Source: Verrucomicrobiia bacterium
GTDB taxonomy: Bacteria > Verrucomicrobiota > Verrucomicrobiia > Chthoniobacterales > UBA6821
Reading direction: 5' to 3'
DNA: 54,633 nucleotides
Assembly (NCBI GenBank): GCA_026398175.1
Contig: JAPLTJ010000140.1
Location: forward strand, 1-54,633
In this document: in pieces, positions 1 through 9,071 of the stretch
Layout of the letters: every line of letters begins with the position of its first letter
Position numbering within the stretch: the stretch's first letter is position 1
Made by a program: the position numbers and the translations under genes
Notes under the pieces: generated by a model
What the model was told of the DNA's origin: nothing
The model's database searches: none
Seen by the model: only the letters and a program-made list of their open reading frames with translations

Positions 1-139
1 GCCATCTAATTCTTCCTTGCCTGCTCGCTTTCCTGTTCCTACCCTCAAGTCTAACCTAACAAAAAGTAACACACCTTTGAGTAACCCATAATGCTAGCTT
101 TTCAGAGCAGAGTGTTGCACTTCACTTTTGAAACGGCGA
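1..139. mobile_element. End of a repeated element (IS30-like terminus), left copy
   Basis: Exact reverse complement of 54494-54632. The inner end GTGTTGCACTTCACTTTTGAAACGGCG resembles IS30-family terminal IRs as recalled (not searched). No transposase in the window. Confidence 0.6.
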
Positions 140-210
140 CCACAAAGAACACAAAGAAACACAAAAAAAGAAAAATAAGTTCTTTGTGTTCTTTGTGTTC
201 TTTGTGATTA
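140..210. repeat. Inverted 9-mer repeat element (CACAAAGAA / TTCTTTGTG arrays)
   Basis: Tandem CACAAAGAA units followed by inverted TTCTTTGTG units. Related copies at 38588 and 51002. Confidence 0.85.
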
Positions 211-247
211 ATCTCTTTTACTCTTTTTCCTGTAACCTGCCAACTTC

Positions 248-637
248 ATGACTCTCTGTCTTCTCAAATCAAAAATTCACCGCGCCTCTGTCACTGGCGC
301 TTCCTTAGATTACGAAGGAAGTCTAACCATCGCTGCCGACCTCGCCCAAAAAGTGGGCTTGCTTGCATATGAAAAAATTTTAGTCGGCAATATGGGCAAT
401 GGTGAACGTTTTGAAACGTATGTCATCTATGGCAAGGAAGGCTCTGGTTGCATTGAACTCAATGGCGCCACGGCGCTCTTAGGTCAAATTGGCGATCTTC
501 TGACCATCATGTCTTACACATGGATTGAGGCTGTTGCCGCTACTACCCATCATCCTCAGGTCATCGTACTAGGACCAAAGAATGAGGTTAAGGATTCTTC
601 GTCGTCGCATTCTCGATCGCCTCGAGGTGATCACTAA
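248..637 (+). CDS. panD: Aspartate 1-decarboxylase
   Basis: KSKIHRASVT...YEGSLTI (Gly-Ser autocleavage site), NGERFETY, LNGA motifs. Confidence 0.95.
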   Translation: MTLCLLKSKIHRASVTGASLDYEGSLTIAADLAQKVGLLAYEKILVGNMGNGERFETYVIYGKEGSGCIELNGATALLGQIGDLLTIMSYTWIEAVAATTHHPQVIVLGPKNEVKDSSSSHSRSPRGDH

Positions 638-944
638 CCACAGTTAGCTTGCCCTCTTTTTCAAAAACAAAAGGTTTTCTTTCGAGGGGAAAAAATTTCC
701 TTCCGTCCTAATCTTTGATTGCGACAACACTTCCTTTTTCGCGAATGATTTCCACTTCATCAATAAAATTTGAATTTGAGTAATTTTGCCCCATATATTT
801 TTGGTGAAGCTTCTTCGGATCATTTTCAATCTGATGCCCCTCAAATTCAGCAGCAGGAAAGTCATCATTCACTTGAGAAAAACTAGTGGAGCGCTCCAAA
901 GAAAAACCTTTGAAGGGAACATCTTGGCTAGCGGACGTATTCAT
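588..944 (-). pseudogene. Small orphan, effector-like, with an in-frame TAG at 708-710
   Basis: ATG at 944 directly after the tadA stop; Ser/Thr-rich N-terminus. The frame stays open after the TAG (DGRKFFPLERKPFVFEKEGKLTVVSDHLEAIENATTKNP) to TAA at 588-590. Confidence 0.45.
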
Positions 945-945
945 C

Positions 946-1491
946 CTATGATTTATACCTGACACTTCGCTTTTCTGCAAAAAAATTTTTTAATAAGCGG
1001 CCACATTCTTCTTCTCGGACACCGCTAGTAATTTCACAGCGATGATTAAGGGTTGGCAGTTGAAGAATATTGAGAAGACCTCCTGCTCCGCCACCGCGAG
1101 GATCTCCACATCCAAAAATCACGCGCTTCACACGCGCATTGACCGAGGCCCCCGCACACATAGGGCAGGGCTCTTTGGTCACATAGAGATCACATTCGTT
1201 GAGCCGCCAATCTCCTAACGCCTGTTCCGCTTGAGTGATCGCCAAGATCTCAGCATGAGCCGTGGCATCTTTTAATGTCTCCACCTGATTGTAGGCTCGA
1301 GCAATGATACGGCCCTCATGGACGATAACCGCACCAACAGGCACCTCATCTGCCTCGTAGGCTCGCACAGCCTGACGCAACGCCTGGCTCATAAAATAGT
1401 CATCGCTCGCCAGGTCGATAATAATTTCGTCGTTTAGCAACGTCAGTCCATCATTTGTCGTTTGCTGTTCATAGTTGGGAGAATCTTGCAT
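946..1491 (-). CDS. tadA: tRNA adenosine(34) deaminase
   Basis: EVPVGAVIV, AHAE and EPCPMC zinc-deaminase motifs. Confidence 0.92.
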   Translation of the reverse strand: MQDSPNYEQQTTNDGLTLLNDEIIIDLASDDYFMSQALRQAVRAYEADEVPVGAVIVHEGRIIARAYNQVETLKDATAHAEILAITQAEQALGDWRLNECDLYVTKEPCPMCAGASVNARVKRVIFGCGDPRGGGAGGLLNILQLPTLNHRCEITSGVREEECGRLLKNFFAEKRSVRYKS

Positions 1492-1500
1492 CGCTGTTTT

Positions 1501-2943
1501 TCAGTTTGTTATTTTTTTGCCTTCCTCGGTAATCACGTATTGCTGCAAACGACTCTTCGGTTTATTTGGCATCGTTAACGCTAAGAGTTTTTGCGCGATC
1601 AATGGCTTCAAATAGTTATTTTGAAAGCTCTCTCGGTGTTTCAGTTTTAATAGTTTTTGAATCTCTGCTGCCTTACGTGGCACTTGACAAAATCGTAAAA
1701 TATCTTCCACGACTTGTCCGGTGACTTGTCCGGTGACTTGTCCGGTTGATGCCTGCTGTGAAGCTTCAAATTTTTCTGCAGGAGAAAAAATAACCAACGT
1801 ATCATTCTCACGCTCTATCCATTGAGGAGGCGGAGAGTCTATCTCCTGACACCAGTCGATAATTTTCATGGTACCCGATCCCCATTTTTCAATAATTCCA
1901 GCTCGATAAAACACGGTGGCAATAAGTGGATTCCATGGATGAGACTCATGCGGCAAGCACAACTTTTCTGGAGTTAATCCAAAATGCAGGCATCCTGGAT
2001 TAATAATTTCCAAACGATCATCGTACATGCCAAGACTGATAGTTCCGCTAGTGTAGTCACGATGACAAAAAGCATTCGCTAGAGCCTCTCGTGTTGCTGA
2101 CGGCGCATAAAGAGGCCTATCTTCACGTATCATTTTTCCTGGCACTAATCTTCCTGCGATAGGAACATGGTCTCTCAAAAAAGTTTCTGCACGTTTTAAT
2201 AAATAAAAAGCATTACCCCAATACTGCCGATGATCACTAAAATCTGCAAGACGGCTCATCCCACGAAAACGCGCTAATCGAAGTTCGCATTGGGGGTAGA
2301 TGGTTTGCAACTCAGGATTCTTGGCATAGAGCACAATCGCAGCATTGAGCAGTTGATCCTGATAAATTAATCCCAGTCCTCTTAAAACAGAAACGAGATC
2401 TCTATTTTTTAAAGACTCTAAGCGTCCCAAACGAAGCGCGTTATCAACGGTGCTTTGAATTTCTTCCGCATCCAAATCATCCATAGAGACTCTTGAGTCA
2501 ACAACTTGATTTTCCCAACGATGATTTGCGTGCAAACGTTCTAACAAAAAATTTTCATAACTGTCACGGGGCATCATGCGCGTTGTTGCCCCACTACGTT
2601 GATAAGGTCGTCCATCATAAGTGTAAGGACGGCCATTAGCAGCTGAGACCCTCAAGACAATAACGGCATGACTATTATCTAGTGCAATTCGTTCTATATC
2701 AGGAAAAGCAGGCGGCTCTATGCGCGCCATCTCATTGGCAATTTCTGTTAATGTCTTGGCTGTTCCTTGTTGCCCTCTGAGTTCACCTTTATCTGTAACG
2801 CCGAATATGACAAAACCACCCAATCCATTGAGCATGGCGCAAACACTTTTCATCCCTTCTGTGCGCTGCCCTGTAGTACTTTTAAATTCTAGCGTCTCAG
2901 ATTCACCTTCTTTAATAAGTTTTTTAAGAATCTTCAGATCCAT
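1501..2943 (-). CDS. Schlafen/AlbA_2 domain + ATPase-like (RecG C-terminal-like) + wHTH protein
   Basis: GESETLEFKST...AMLNGLGG...GVTDKG; REALANAFCHRDY; NPLIA...IEKWGSG; C-terminal P.KP.SRLQQY.IT. Confidence 0.85.
   Translation of the reverse strand: MDLKILKKLIKEGESETLEFKSTTGQRTEGMKSVCAMLNGLGGFVIFGVTDKGELRGQQGTAKTLTEIANEMARIEPPAFPDIERIALDNSHAVIVLRVSAANGRPYTYDGRPYQRSGATTRMMPRDSYENFLLERLHANHRWENQVVDSRVSMDDLDAEEIQSTVDNALRLGRLESLKNRDLVSVLRGLGLIYQDQLLNAAIVLYAKNPELQTIYPQCELRLARFRGMSRLADFSDHRQYWGNAFYLLKRAETFLRDHVPIAGRLVPGKMIREDRPLYAPSATREALANAFCHRDYTSGTISLGMYDDRLEIINPGCLHFGLTPEKLCLPHESHPWNPLIATVFYRAGIIEKWGSGTMKIIDWCQEIDSPPPQWIERENDTLVIFSPAEKFEASQQASTGQVTGQVTGQVVEDILRFCQVPRKAAEIQKLLKLKHRESFQNNYLKPLIAQKLLALTMPNKPKSRLQQYVITEEGKKITN
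1711..1746. repeat. 12-bp tandem repeat x3 encoding the TGQV linker
   Basis: (GACTTGTCCGGT)x3 seen directly. Confidence 0.95.
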
Positions 2944-3105
2944 AGTGGCTTGCTATGTTAGAGTTTGTCTACGCGGATGCAATGGACAAAAAGATTTTTT
3001 TATTTTTAGGGAATAACGTCAGATTGCTAAAAAAAGAGGGCAAGAAAAAATAGCAAGAAACCGTAGCCTTACCAATGACTTTGTCGAGATGACCACATTT
3101 TAATA

Positions 3106-3141
3106 TTCAGAGCCCACCTCCATAAGAAGTGGGCTCTGAAT
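3106..3141 (-). terminator. Hairpin, probable terminator
   Basis: ATTCAGAGCCCAC...GTGGGCTCTGAAT immediately after the stop at 3144. Confidence 0.6.
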
Positions 3142-3143
3142 GA

Positions 3144-3398
3144 TTATCTTCGCTCAAAGCTTTCTTGAATCGTCACAATCAGCTCCGAAAGAATTTTCCG
3201 TTCTTCGACCGCTAGTTCGTGACAACAGACTCCTTTGATCTCTTTTAATAATTCCAACACTCTTTCCCGCTCTTCAGCAAGTTCCATATAAAGAGGATAC
3301 TCTTGAAGAATGTAACAGAGAGGCTTGAGGCATCGTCGCTCACACCAAACATCTATCAGATGATTCAGTTTAGGGAGGACCTTGATCATTATATTCAT
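3144..3398 (-). CDS. Small hypothetical helical protein
   Basis: ORF 3144-3494; likely start at MNIMIKV. Protein-like composition, followed by a hairpin. Confidence 0.6.
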   Translation of the reverse strand: MNIMIKVLPKLNHLIDVWCERRCLKPLCYILQEYPLYMELAEERERVLELLKEIKGVCCHELAVEERKILSELIVTIQESFERR

Positions 3399-3841
3399 AA
3401 TCAAAATAGGCTGGGGGTTAAATGACAAACGCAGCAAGAATCCGAAAAATAGGAACATCTTATCCGTCTGCTTTGATCTCCTGCTGCCAAGCAATCAAGA
3501 GTCTGTTGATTACTTTCGAGATGATCTATTTGTCATGAATGTTGTGGCTATGAATTCTCATTGTTCATGACATCACCACCTTTCATGCGTTCATTTGCTT
3601 CCCACGTGCGGCTCTCTTCTTTTGCTGAGAGTCAATAGTTCCTCCATCACGCCATGCGAATATCGCACCTGGCGCGGTTTTCTGTTCTCCTAATTCTGTT
3701 ATGAGAAAGATATTTTTCATAAGAACTACTAGTAACTACTATATGTAGAATGTAACTATGTTAGTTAAAGTCAACAAAAAAATGAATATTCCAAAAAAAT
3801 TGCAGTTCAATTTTAAATAATACCACTTATACCATCTCTGA

Positions 3842-3977
3842 AAATTAACTGAACTATAGGACGCAGGAATTTTGTTGTTGATCAAGGAGGCCGACTGCAG
3901 CGCTATCTCATGATAACGCAATGGAGGGCGACAAAGCTCAGCGACAAAAGGACCACTCACAATGGTTCAGTTAATTT
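3842..3977. mobile_element. MITE / RPE-like palindromic element
   Basis: 13-bp terminal IRs AAATTAACTGAAC / GTTCAGTTAATTT with a GC-richer core. A lone TGGTTCAGTTA end also lies near 4450. Confidence 0.7.
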
Positions 3978-4140
3978 CCAGAGATGGTATTATTTAATGG
4001 AAGTGGCATAAGAGCAATTTTTATTGCTATGAATAGAATTGAAACATTAAGAAGACACAAAGTTGCTGCCCTTTCAACATTTCAACGCTTCAACGCTACC
4101 TCATTCCCGCGAAGGCCGAAACAAGGCTCTTGCGTGGCAG

Positions 4141-4404
4141 TTACTCCTTCTCCGGAAACTTCAAATTAACCTTATCTCCATGAATAACAGCACGTGCTTG
4201 AAGGACGACGTCAGGAACAAGATTGTGAGACTTGTCCTCAATCATTCGAATAATATGGACCAATGAGGCAACGATCAGAGCATTGCGCGACCATCCGATG
4301 GAATTTGCGATGCGATCTGTTTTTTTTAAGATTGCATCGTGGCAAGAAAATCCGGTTCGTGTTTGTGGAGAATGTGATTTGGGGCTGCCCATATGCTTTG
4401 TCAA
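4141..4404 (-). CDS. Putative ribbon-helix-helix DNA-binding protein
   Basis: RTGFSC (strand) - DAILKKTDRIANSIG - WSRNALIVASL matches the CopG/RHH pattern. Confidence 0.5.
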   Translation of the reverse strand: MTKHMGSPKSHSPQTRTGFSCHDAILKKTDRIANSIGWSRNALIVASLVHIIRMIEDKSHNLVPDVVLQARAVIHGDKVNLKFPEKE

Positions 4405-4548
4405 AAAGTGGACTGATTTTTAAACTGGATTGTTATTTTTTTTGATGCCTGGTTCAGTTACAGACAAAGTAATGAGTAACGGGTAACGAGTCTATATTCT
4501 TGCCTGCGGCAAATTCAAACTAAAAGAATCTCTAACCTCTTCAATTTT

Positions 4549-6102
4549 TTGGAAGATATTCATGAAATTCATTTGAGAAAAGTATATAACTCACAAAGAC
4601 ATTTAAAAATGAGCCTCGTTTCAACATTTCAACTCTTCAACGTTTCAACACTGCTAACGGCACGTTGGCAGTTGCCATTTCTGATCTTATTTTTTGTCTC
4701 TGTTGCATTTTGTCACGCTGCAGAAGAGTACTCTCCATTCCCAACAGCCGTCAGCATTAATGAGCCTGCTGATATGGATGATAGTTTTAATCCAGAAGAT
4801 GCAGGCAATCGTTTTATTTCTCCCTACGATGCTATGGCTAACATGCCCCATAATGTCATGGAGTTTGAACATGCGTCAGGAAATTGGGAGGGAGGGCGCG
4901 ATTTTCTAGATCGTCATGGTGTTGAAATTTCACTTACCTACACATCTGATATGGCAGGCAATCCTGTTGGAGGCATCAACCCTCACGGCTTTACTTATTG
5001 TGACAACATTGCTCTTGGACTCCTTTTACAAACAGAAAAACTTTTTGGATGGAAAGATGGTTATTTTATGATGAGTGTTCTGCAACGTGATGGACTGAAC
5101 CTTTCTCAAAAAAATATTGGCAATCAATTTACTGTCCAACAAGTTTTTGGCGGACCAACCTTTCATTGGTATGAGCTCTCTTATGAGCAAAAGTTTTTTG
5201 ATGCTCATGCAAGCGTGAAGTTGGGCCGCATTGCAGCAGGTGATGACTTTGCTGTTTCTCCCCTTTACTGGCTTTATATGAACAATGGTATCGATGGCAA
5301 TCTCCAAGCGCTTCCTGTCAATGGCCTTTTCTCTACTTATCCCAATACCGTTTGGGGAAGCCGACTTAAAGTTGATCTCACGTCAACGACCGTTGCCCGT
5401 TTGGGAGTCTATCAGGCTACGCCGTTGAATTCGATTAACGGATTAAATTGGGATTTTTATCCGAGCAATGGAGTCATGCTTCTTGGACAATATAGTTGGA
5501 ATCCTGAGTTTTTTCATCCTTCCTCCGCCTCTTTGGAAAAAGAAACTGCTGCTGCATTTTCAGATTCTTCTTCGAACAAGAACATCAACAAACCCAGTGC
5601 CCGCGGCCTTGATGGCCATTACTGGATGGGAGGTTATTATTCGACGATGGAATATTCTCAATTTAACAGCAGCACCATGCTTCCAAATGCCTACGGTTTT
5701 TATTGGCACGCCGATCAAACAGTCTATCGAGTAGATTCTATCAGCGACAAAGGACTTATTCTTTGGAGCGCCTACGCCTTGTCTCCTCAACAAAATGTTT
5801 CGAAAGTTCCTTTCCAGGTCAATGGAGGTGCGATCTACACAGGCCTCATTCCAGGGCGTGACAATGACGCGACCATCTTGGGTTTTATTTATGGAAACTT
5901 TAGTTCTTCGTACGCTGGAGCGCAGCAAGCAGCAGGCAATGGAAGTCCGAACTACGAACTCGTTTATGAAGCCGGCTACCGAATCAACTTCACTAAGTTT
6001 GCCTATTTTCAACCCGACGTGCAATGGATCATCAATCCCAGCGGCCTCGGAAGCACAGCCAATGCGCTTGTCATTGGCGCGCAGACGGGAGTGATTTTTT
6101 GA
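4549..6102 (+). CDS. Carbohydrate-selective porin, OprB family
   Basis: GNWEGGRDFL..GV; KLGRIAAGDDF; YFQPDVQWIINP; C-terminal Phe. True start is probably downstream (~4609). Confidence 0.9.
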   Translation: MEDIHEIHLRKVYNSQRHLKMSLVSTFQLFNVSTLLTARWQLPFLILFFVSVAFCHAAEEYSPFPTAVSINEPADMDDSFNPEDAGNRFISPYDAMANMPHNVMEFEHASGNWEGGRDFLDRHGVEISLTYTSDMAGNPVGGINPHGFTYCDNIALGLLLQTEKLFGWKDGYFMMSVLQRDGLNLSQKNIGNQFTVQQVFGGPTFHWYELSYEQKFFDAHASVKLGRIAAGDDFAVSPLYWLYMNNGIDGNLQALPVNGLFSTYPNTVWGSRLKVDLTSTTVARLGVYQATPLNSINGLNWDFYPSNGVMLLGQYSWNPEFFHPSSASLEKETAAAFSDSSSNKNINKPSARGLDGHYWMGGYYSTMEYSQFNSSTMLPNAYGFYWHADQTVYRVDSISDKGLILWSAYALSPQQNVSKVPFQVNGGAIYTGLIPGRDNDATILGFIYGNFSSSYAGAQQAAGNGSPNYELVYEAGYRINFTKFAYFQPDVQWIINPSGLGSTANALVIGAQTGVIF

Positions 6103-6128
6103 CATCGCAACGCGATGGCAAAAAATCA

Positions 6129-6281
6129 GTAAAGAGTAAAGGGTGAAGCGTAGCTGGCGCAATTAATGATACTCCATTTTCTAAGTATTTTCCTGCGCTT
6201 TTCAGGCTACAAAAAATTATTCTCAAACAACTGATTCTATTTTCGATCTTAAAACACCCTTCACCCTTCACTCTTCACTCT
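6129..6281. repeat. Element with inverted heptamer arms (GTAAAGA/GTGAAGA family)
   Basis: GTAAAGAGTAAAGGGTGAAG...CCCTTCACCCTTCACTCTTCACTCT around a ~100-bp AT-rich spacer. Confidence 0.85.
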
Positions 6282-8702
6282 TTACTTGCCGCCGGCCGGC
6301 GGCAATGGAATATACTTCGCTCTCCAGGTTGGATGCTTTGCAGAACCATCTGAAATATATTCAAGAAGTTTGCTCACCGGAAAAAAGATGATCCCGGGAA
6401 TCCCACGGACATTGAGTCGGACGCTCATGTTCATGCGGTCTTCCAAATAAAAAATATCGCCCTCTCCAATCATCGTAAACGCGGCGCTTTGAATCGAAAG
6501 ATTTTTGGTGTTGATGACTCCTTTCTCTAAAGTGAAGTCAGCGGTAGCACGATTCGCGGCCTGATAACCTAATCCTGGAATGACATCGTTCATCAAAATC
6601 GAAAGCGGTCCAAAAATCGGCATCGCATAGACACTCCCATCTTTAATCAGCATGCGACCATTTCCTTTCATGGCGTAGTCATCGCCAGTGATGGTGGTGA
6701 AATGATAGTCGCCGCTCATTTTTCCCTGCGAGGTCTCATAGTCGAAATAAAGTTTTGTCAAACTTTTGAAATCAACATTATCCAGCGTCACATCGGCTGC
6801 ATAGCTCCCATCTCCAGGCACAATGGAGACTCTGGCATTAATTCCAGCCGTGCCACCAAACAGCGAGGCATGCGGAATGTCGACAAGCAGATCTTGTTTT
6901 TTGATAAGGACAGTTCCTGCAACTTCTCGAAACACGAGATTTTTTTTGAGGAGCGTGTAATCGAGCCCTTGCGGCGCTCGCAATTGTATTTTAAAATTAT
7001 TTTTCTGCGGATCCTTCAGCCCCAAAACTCCTGAAATATCGGTCACCGGCGGCTGATGGAAGCGATATGCCAACAGAGATTCGGCAATGTGCGGATCAAT
7101 CCACATCAAGATCGGAACGGGATCTAAATTAGAATGAACTCCAGGAAATCGCACTTCTTGATTTTTGATATCGTAGATGCAACTTCCTTCGGCCTTGGTC
7201 TCTCCAATTTTTGTTAAAATATTTTGAAAAGTGAAGGCTCCTTCTTTGAGTTGAAAATCAGCACTCACTCCATCGACCCACGCATTGCACATCGAAGAAC
7301 GACCTAGCTTCAGCGTTCCAGCTCCTTCCCATGAAAATGGCGTTCCCTCAGACGATGTTCCTTCAAAGGTAAGATTCAACGGCTCTTTAAAATTCATAAC
7401 GGCAAGTGTTTTTTGTAAACCTCCTCGTGCTGCAGGCTCCAGTAGTTGTGGGAGCAATGTCAGATTGATCCTGGCTCGTTGATCATGAGGAGCCGCCATG
7501 AAATCAACATGGAGAGAGCCTGGAGCACCAGCGGCATCGAAATCTCTCATGAGAAAAGTCCCATGATCAAAAATAGCTCCAGCAGTGAGGTGATCCATCG
7601 GCACCCCTCTATAAGAAAATGGGCCTGATTGCATATGGACTTCTCCATGCAATACTGGTGGCGCTGTTTTCCAATCAGCACCTACGGTTCCTTCCAAGCG
7701 CGGAGGCTCTTTCCAATGCCAATCCTCGGCAAAAAAATCTTTTTTTAAAACAAGGCCAGCGACACTCACAAAATCAGAGCTTCCAGAAAAATTGACCTGC
7801 GCCTCTTGTTTTTGAAAATCAACATTTCCCCAGCTATGCATCTCCCCAAGACGATCTTCAAGAATGAGCTGCTGGAGCTTTAAGACTTGATGTCCATACT
7901 CCATGTCCACATCAATGTTATTGAAAGACCATCCTTCATAACGAAACGCTCCTCCACGGAACGTGATCCGATCAGCACGAAGGCTCTCTAGATGGGTTAA
8001 ATCGCCATTGACTTCCATTTCCAAAGTAGGAGGCGCCTCTTCCCACTGCAGCCGCTTTAAGTTTTCCTGAATCATGACAATAGTTTGAGCAATCTTACCA
8101 GGGCCTTCACTCGGAATCGGATTAGGTGAAAATGTTTTTGGATTCAAAAAATTACCACGCGCGCGAACATGAATCCCACAAAGATGAAACTTCGCATCGC
8201 TCAACGTGATTTGTCCTGGAGGAGAGACGATTGTCGCCTCTACGTGATCGAGCTGCAATCGAGGCTCCTGCTCCCGCCCAAGAGGAATATCAATGTTGGC
8301 GTGATGCAATTGAAACGATTCCACTTCGATCTTTCCATGAGCGAGGGCCGCCAGCTGCGGCAAGATCGTCACTCGATTGGCATGCACCAAGAGGCGATGC
8401 GTTTCATTGTGTTCCAAAATCCGAAGATCAGTTGCCTTCAAGCCTGCGCGCAAGGTGAAAGAAAGACGCCCCACTTTCACATCATAAAATTCTCCTGAAA
8501 GAGCCTTCTCCACACTGTGACGAATTCCATTTCCGAGCCCATGAAAATGAGCGATCAGCAATAAAGAGGGAATGCCAATAATAATAAAAATGGCAAGCCC
8601 TTGCAGCACCTTCGCAATGAGATGTCGCAAGACAATCTCAACATGATACAGGCATGATTTTTTTTCAGCATCTGTTTTAAGATCTCGATTTTTTTGTTTC
8701 AC
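6282..8702 (-). CDS. AsmA-like protein
   Basis: N-terminal TM anchor and long beta-rich body with an AsmA_2-like C-terminus. Confidence 0.75.
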   Translation of the reverse strand: MKQKNRDLKTDAEKKSCLYHVEIVLRHLIAKVLQGLAIFIIIGIPSLLLIAHFHGLGNGIRHSVEKALSGEFYDVKVGRLSFTLRAGLKATDLRILEHNETHRLLVHANRVTILPQLAALAHGKIEVESFQLHHANIDIPLGREQEPRLQLDHVEATIVSPPGQITLSDAKFHLCGIHVRARGNFLNPKTFSPNPIPSEGPGKIAQTIVMIQENLKRLQWEEAPPTLEMEVNGDLTHLESLRADRITFRGGAFRYEGWSFNNIDVDMEYGHQVLKLQQLILEDRLGEMHSWGNVDFQKQEAQVNFSGSSDFVSVAGLVLKKDFFAEDWHWKEPPRLEGTVGADWKTAPPVLHGEVHMQSGPFSYRGVPMDHLTAGAIFDHGTFLMRDFDAAGAPGSLHVDFMAAPHDQRARINLTLLPQLLEPAARGGLQKTLAVMNFKEPLNLTFEGTSSEGTPFSWEGAGTLKLGRSSMCNAWVDGVSADFQLKEGAFTFQNILTKIGETKAEGSCIYDIKNQEVRFPGVHSNLDPVPILMWIDPHIAESLLAYRFHQPPVTDISGVLGLKDPQKNNFKIQLRAPQGLDYTLLKKNLVFREVAGTVLIKKQDLLVDIPHASLFGGTAGINARVSIVPGDGSYAADVTLDNVDFKSLTKLYFDYETSQGKMSGDYHFTTITGDDYAMKGNGRMLIKDGSVYAMPIFGPLSILMNDVIPGLGYQAANRATADFTLEKGVINTKNLSIQSAAFTMIGEGDIFYLEDRMNMSVRLNVRGIPGIIFFPVSKLLEYISDGSAKHPTWRAKYIPLPPAGGK

Positions 8703-8808
8703 ATTAGAGGTGGGGCGTGGGGTAAGATTTTTGATTATAGGCTATAGAAAAATCTCATTCTACTATTTCTTTTGTACTTTTTGTCTTCTTTGTGACTATT
8801 CTTTTTTC

Positions 8809-9039
8809 ATGGAAAATAATATTACAGTATCTGTCGAAAAATTTGATGTCAGAAGCACATCGAGAGATGTTCCTAATCAGCCTGTTGTTTCTTCTACAGG
8901 AAAATTAGGAACCAGTTCTATCAGTCAAACTGCTCCAGATACAAGGCGCCTTAAGGATCAGACTATGTACCAACAGATGGAGGCTGCTGGAGAAGCTCGC
9001 TTTAATAAGGGGATCGTTCCTCTTCCCCCTACGATTTAA
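8809..9039 (+). CDS. Small orphan protein, effector-like
   Basis: MENNITVSVE... Ser/Thr-rich ORF filling the gap between two minus-strand genes. Confidence 0.5.
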   Translation: MENNITVSVEKFDVRSTSRDVPNQPVVSSTGKLGTSSISQTAPDTRRLKDQTMYQQMEAAGEARFNKGIVPLPPTI

Positions 9040-9071
9040 GGTTAACCTCCACTCATTCGGCAAAAAAAAGA

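Noticed and set aside
3570-3720. Short minus-strand ORF MKNIFLITE... (45 aa)
   Set aside because: Too short and has no recognisable features.
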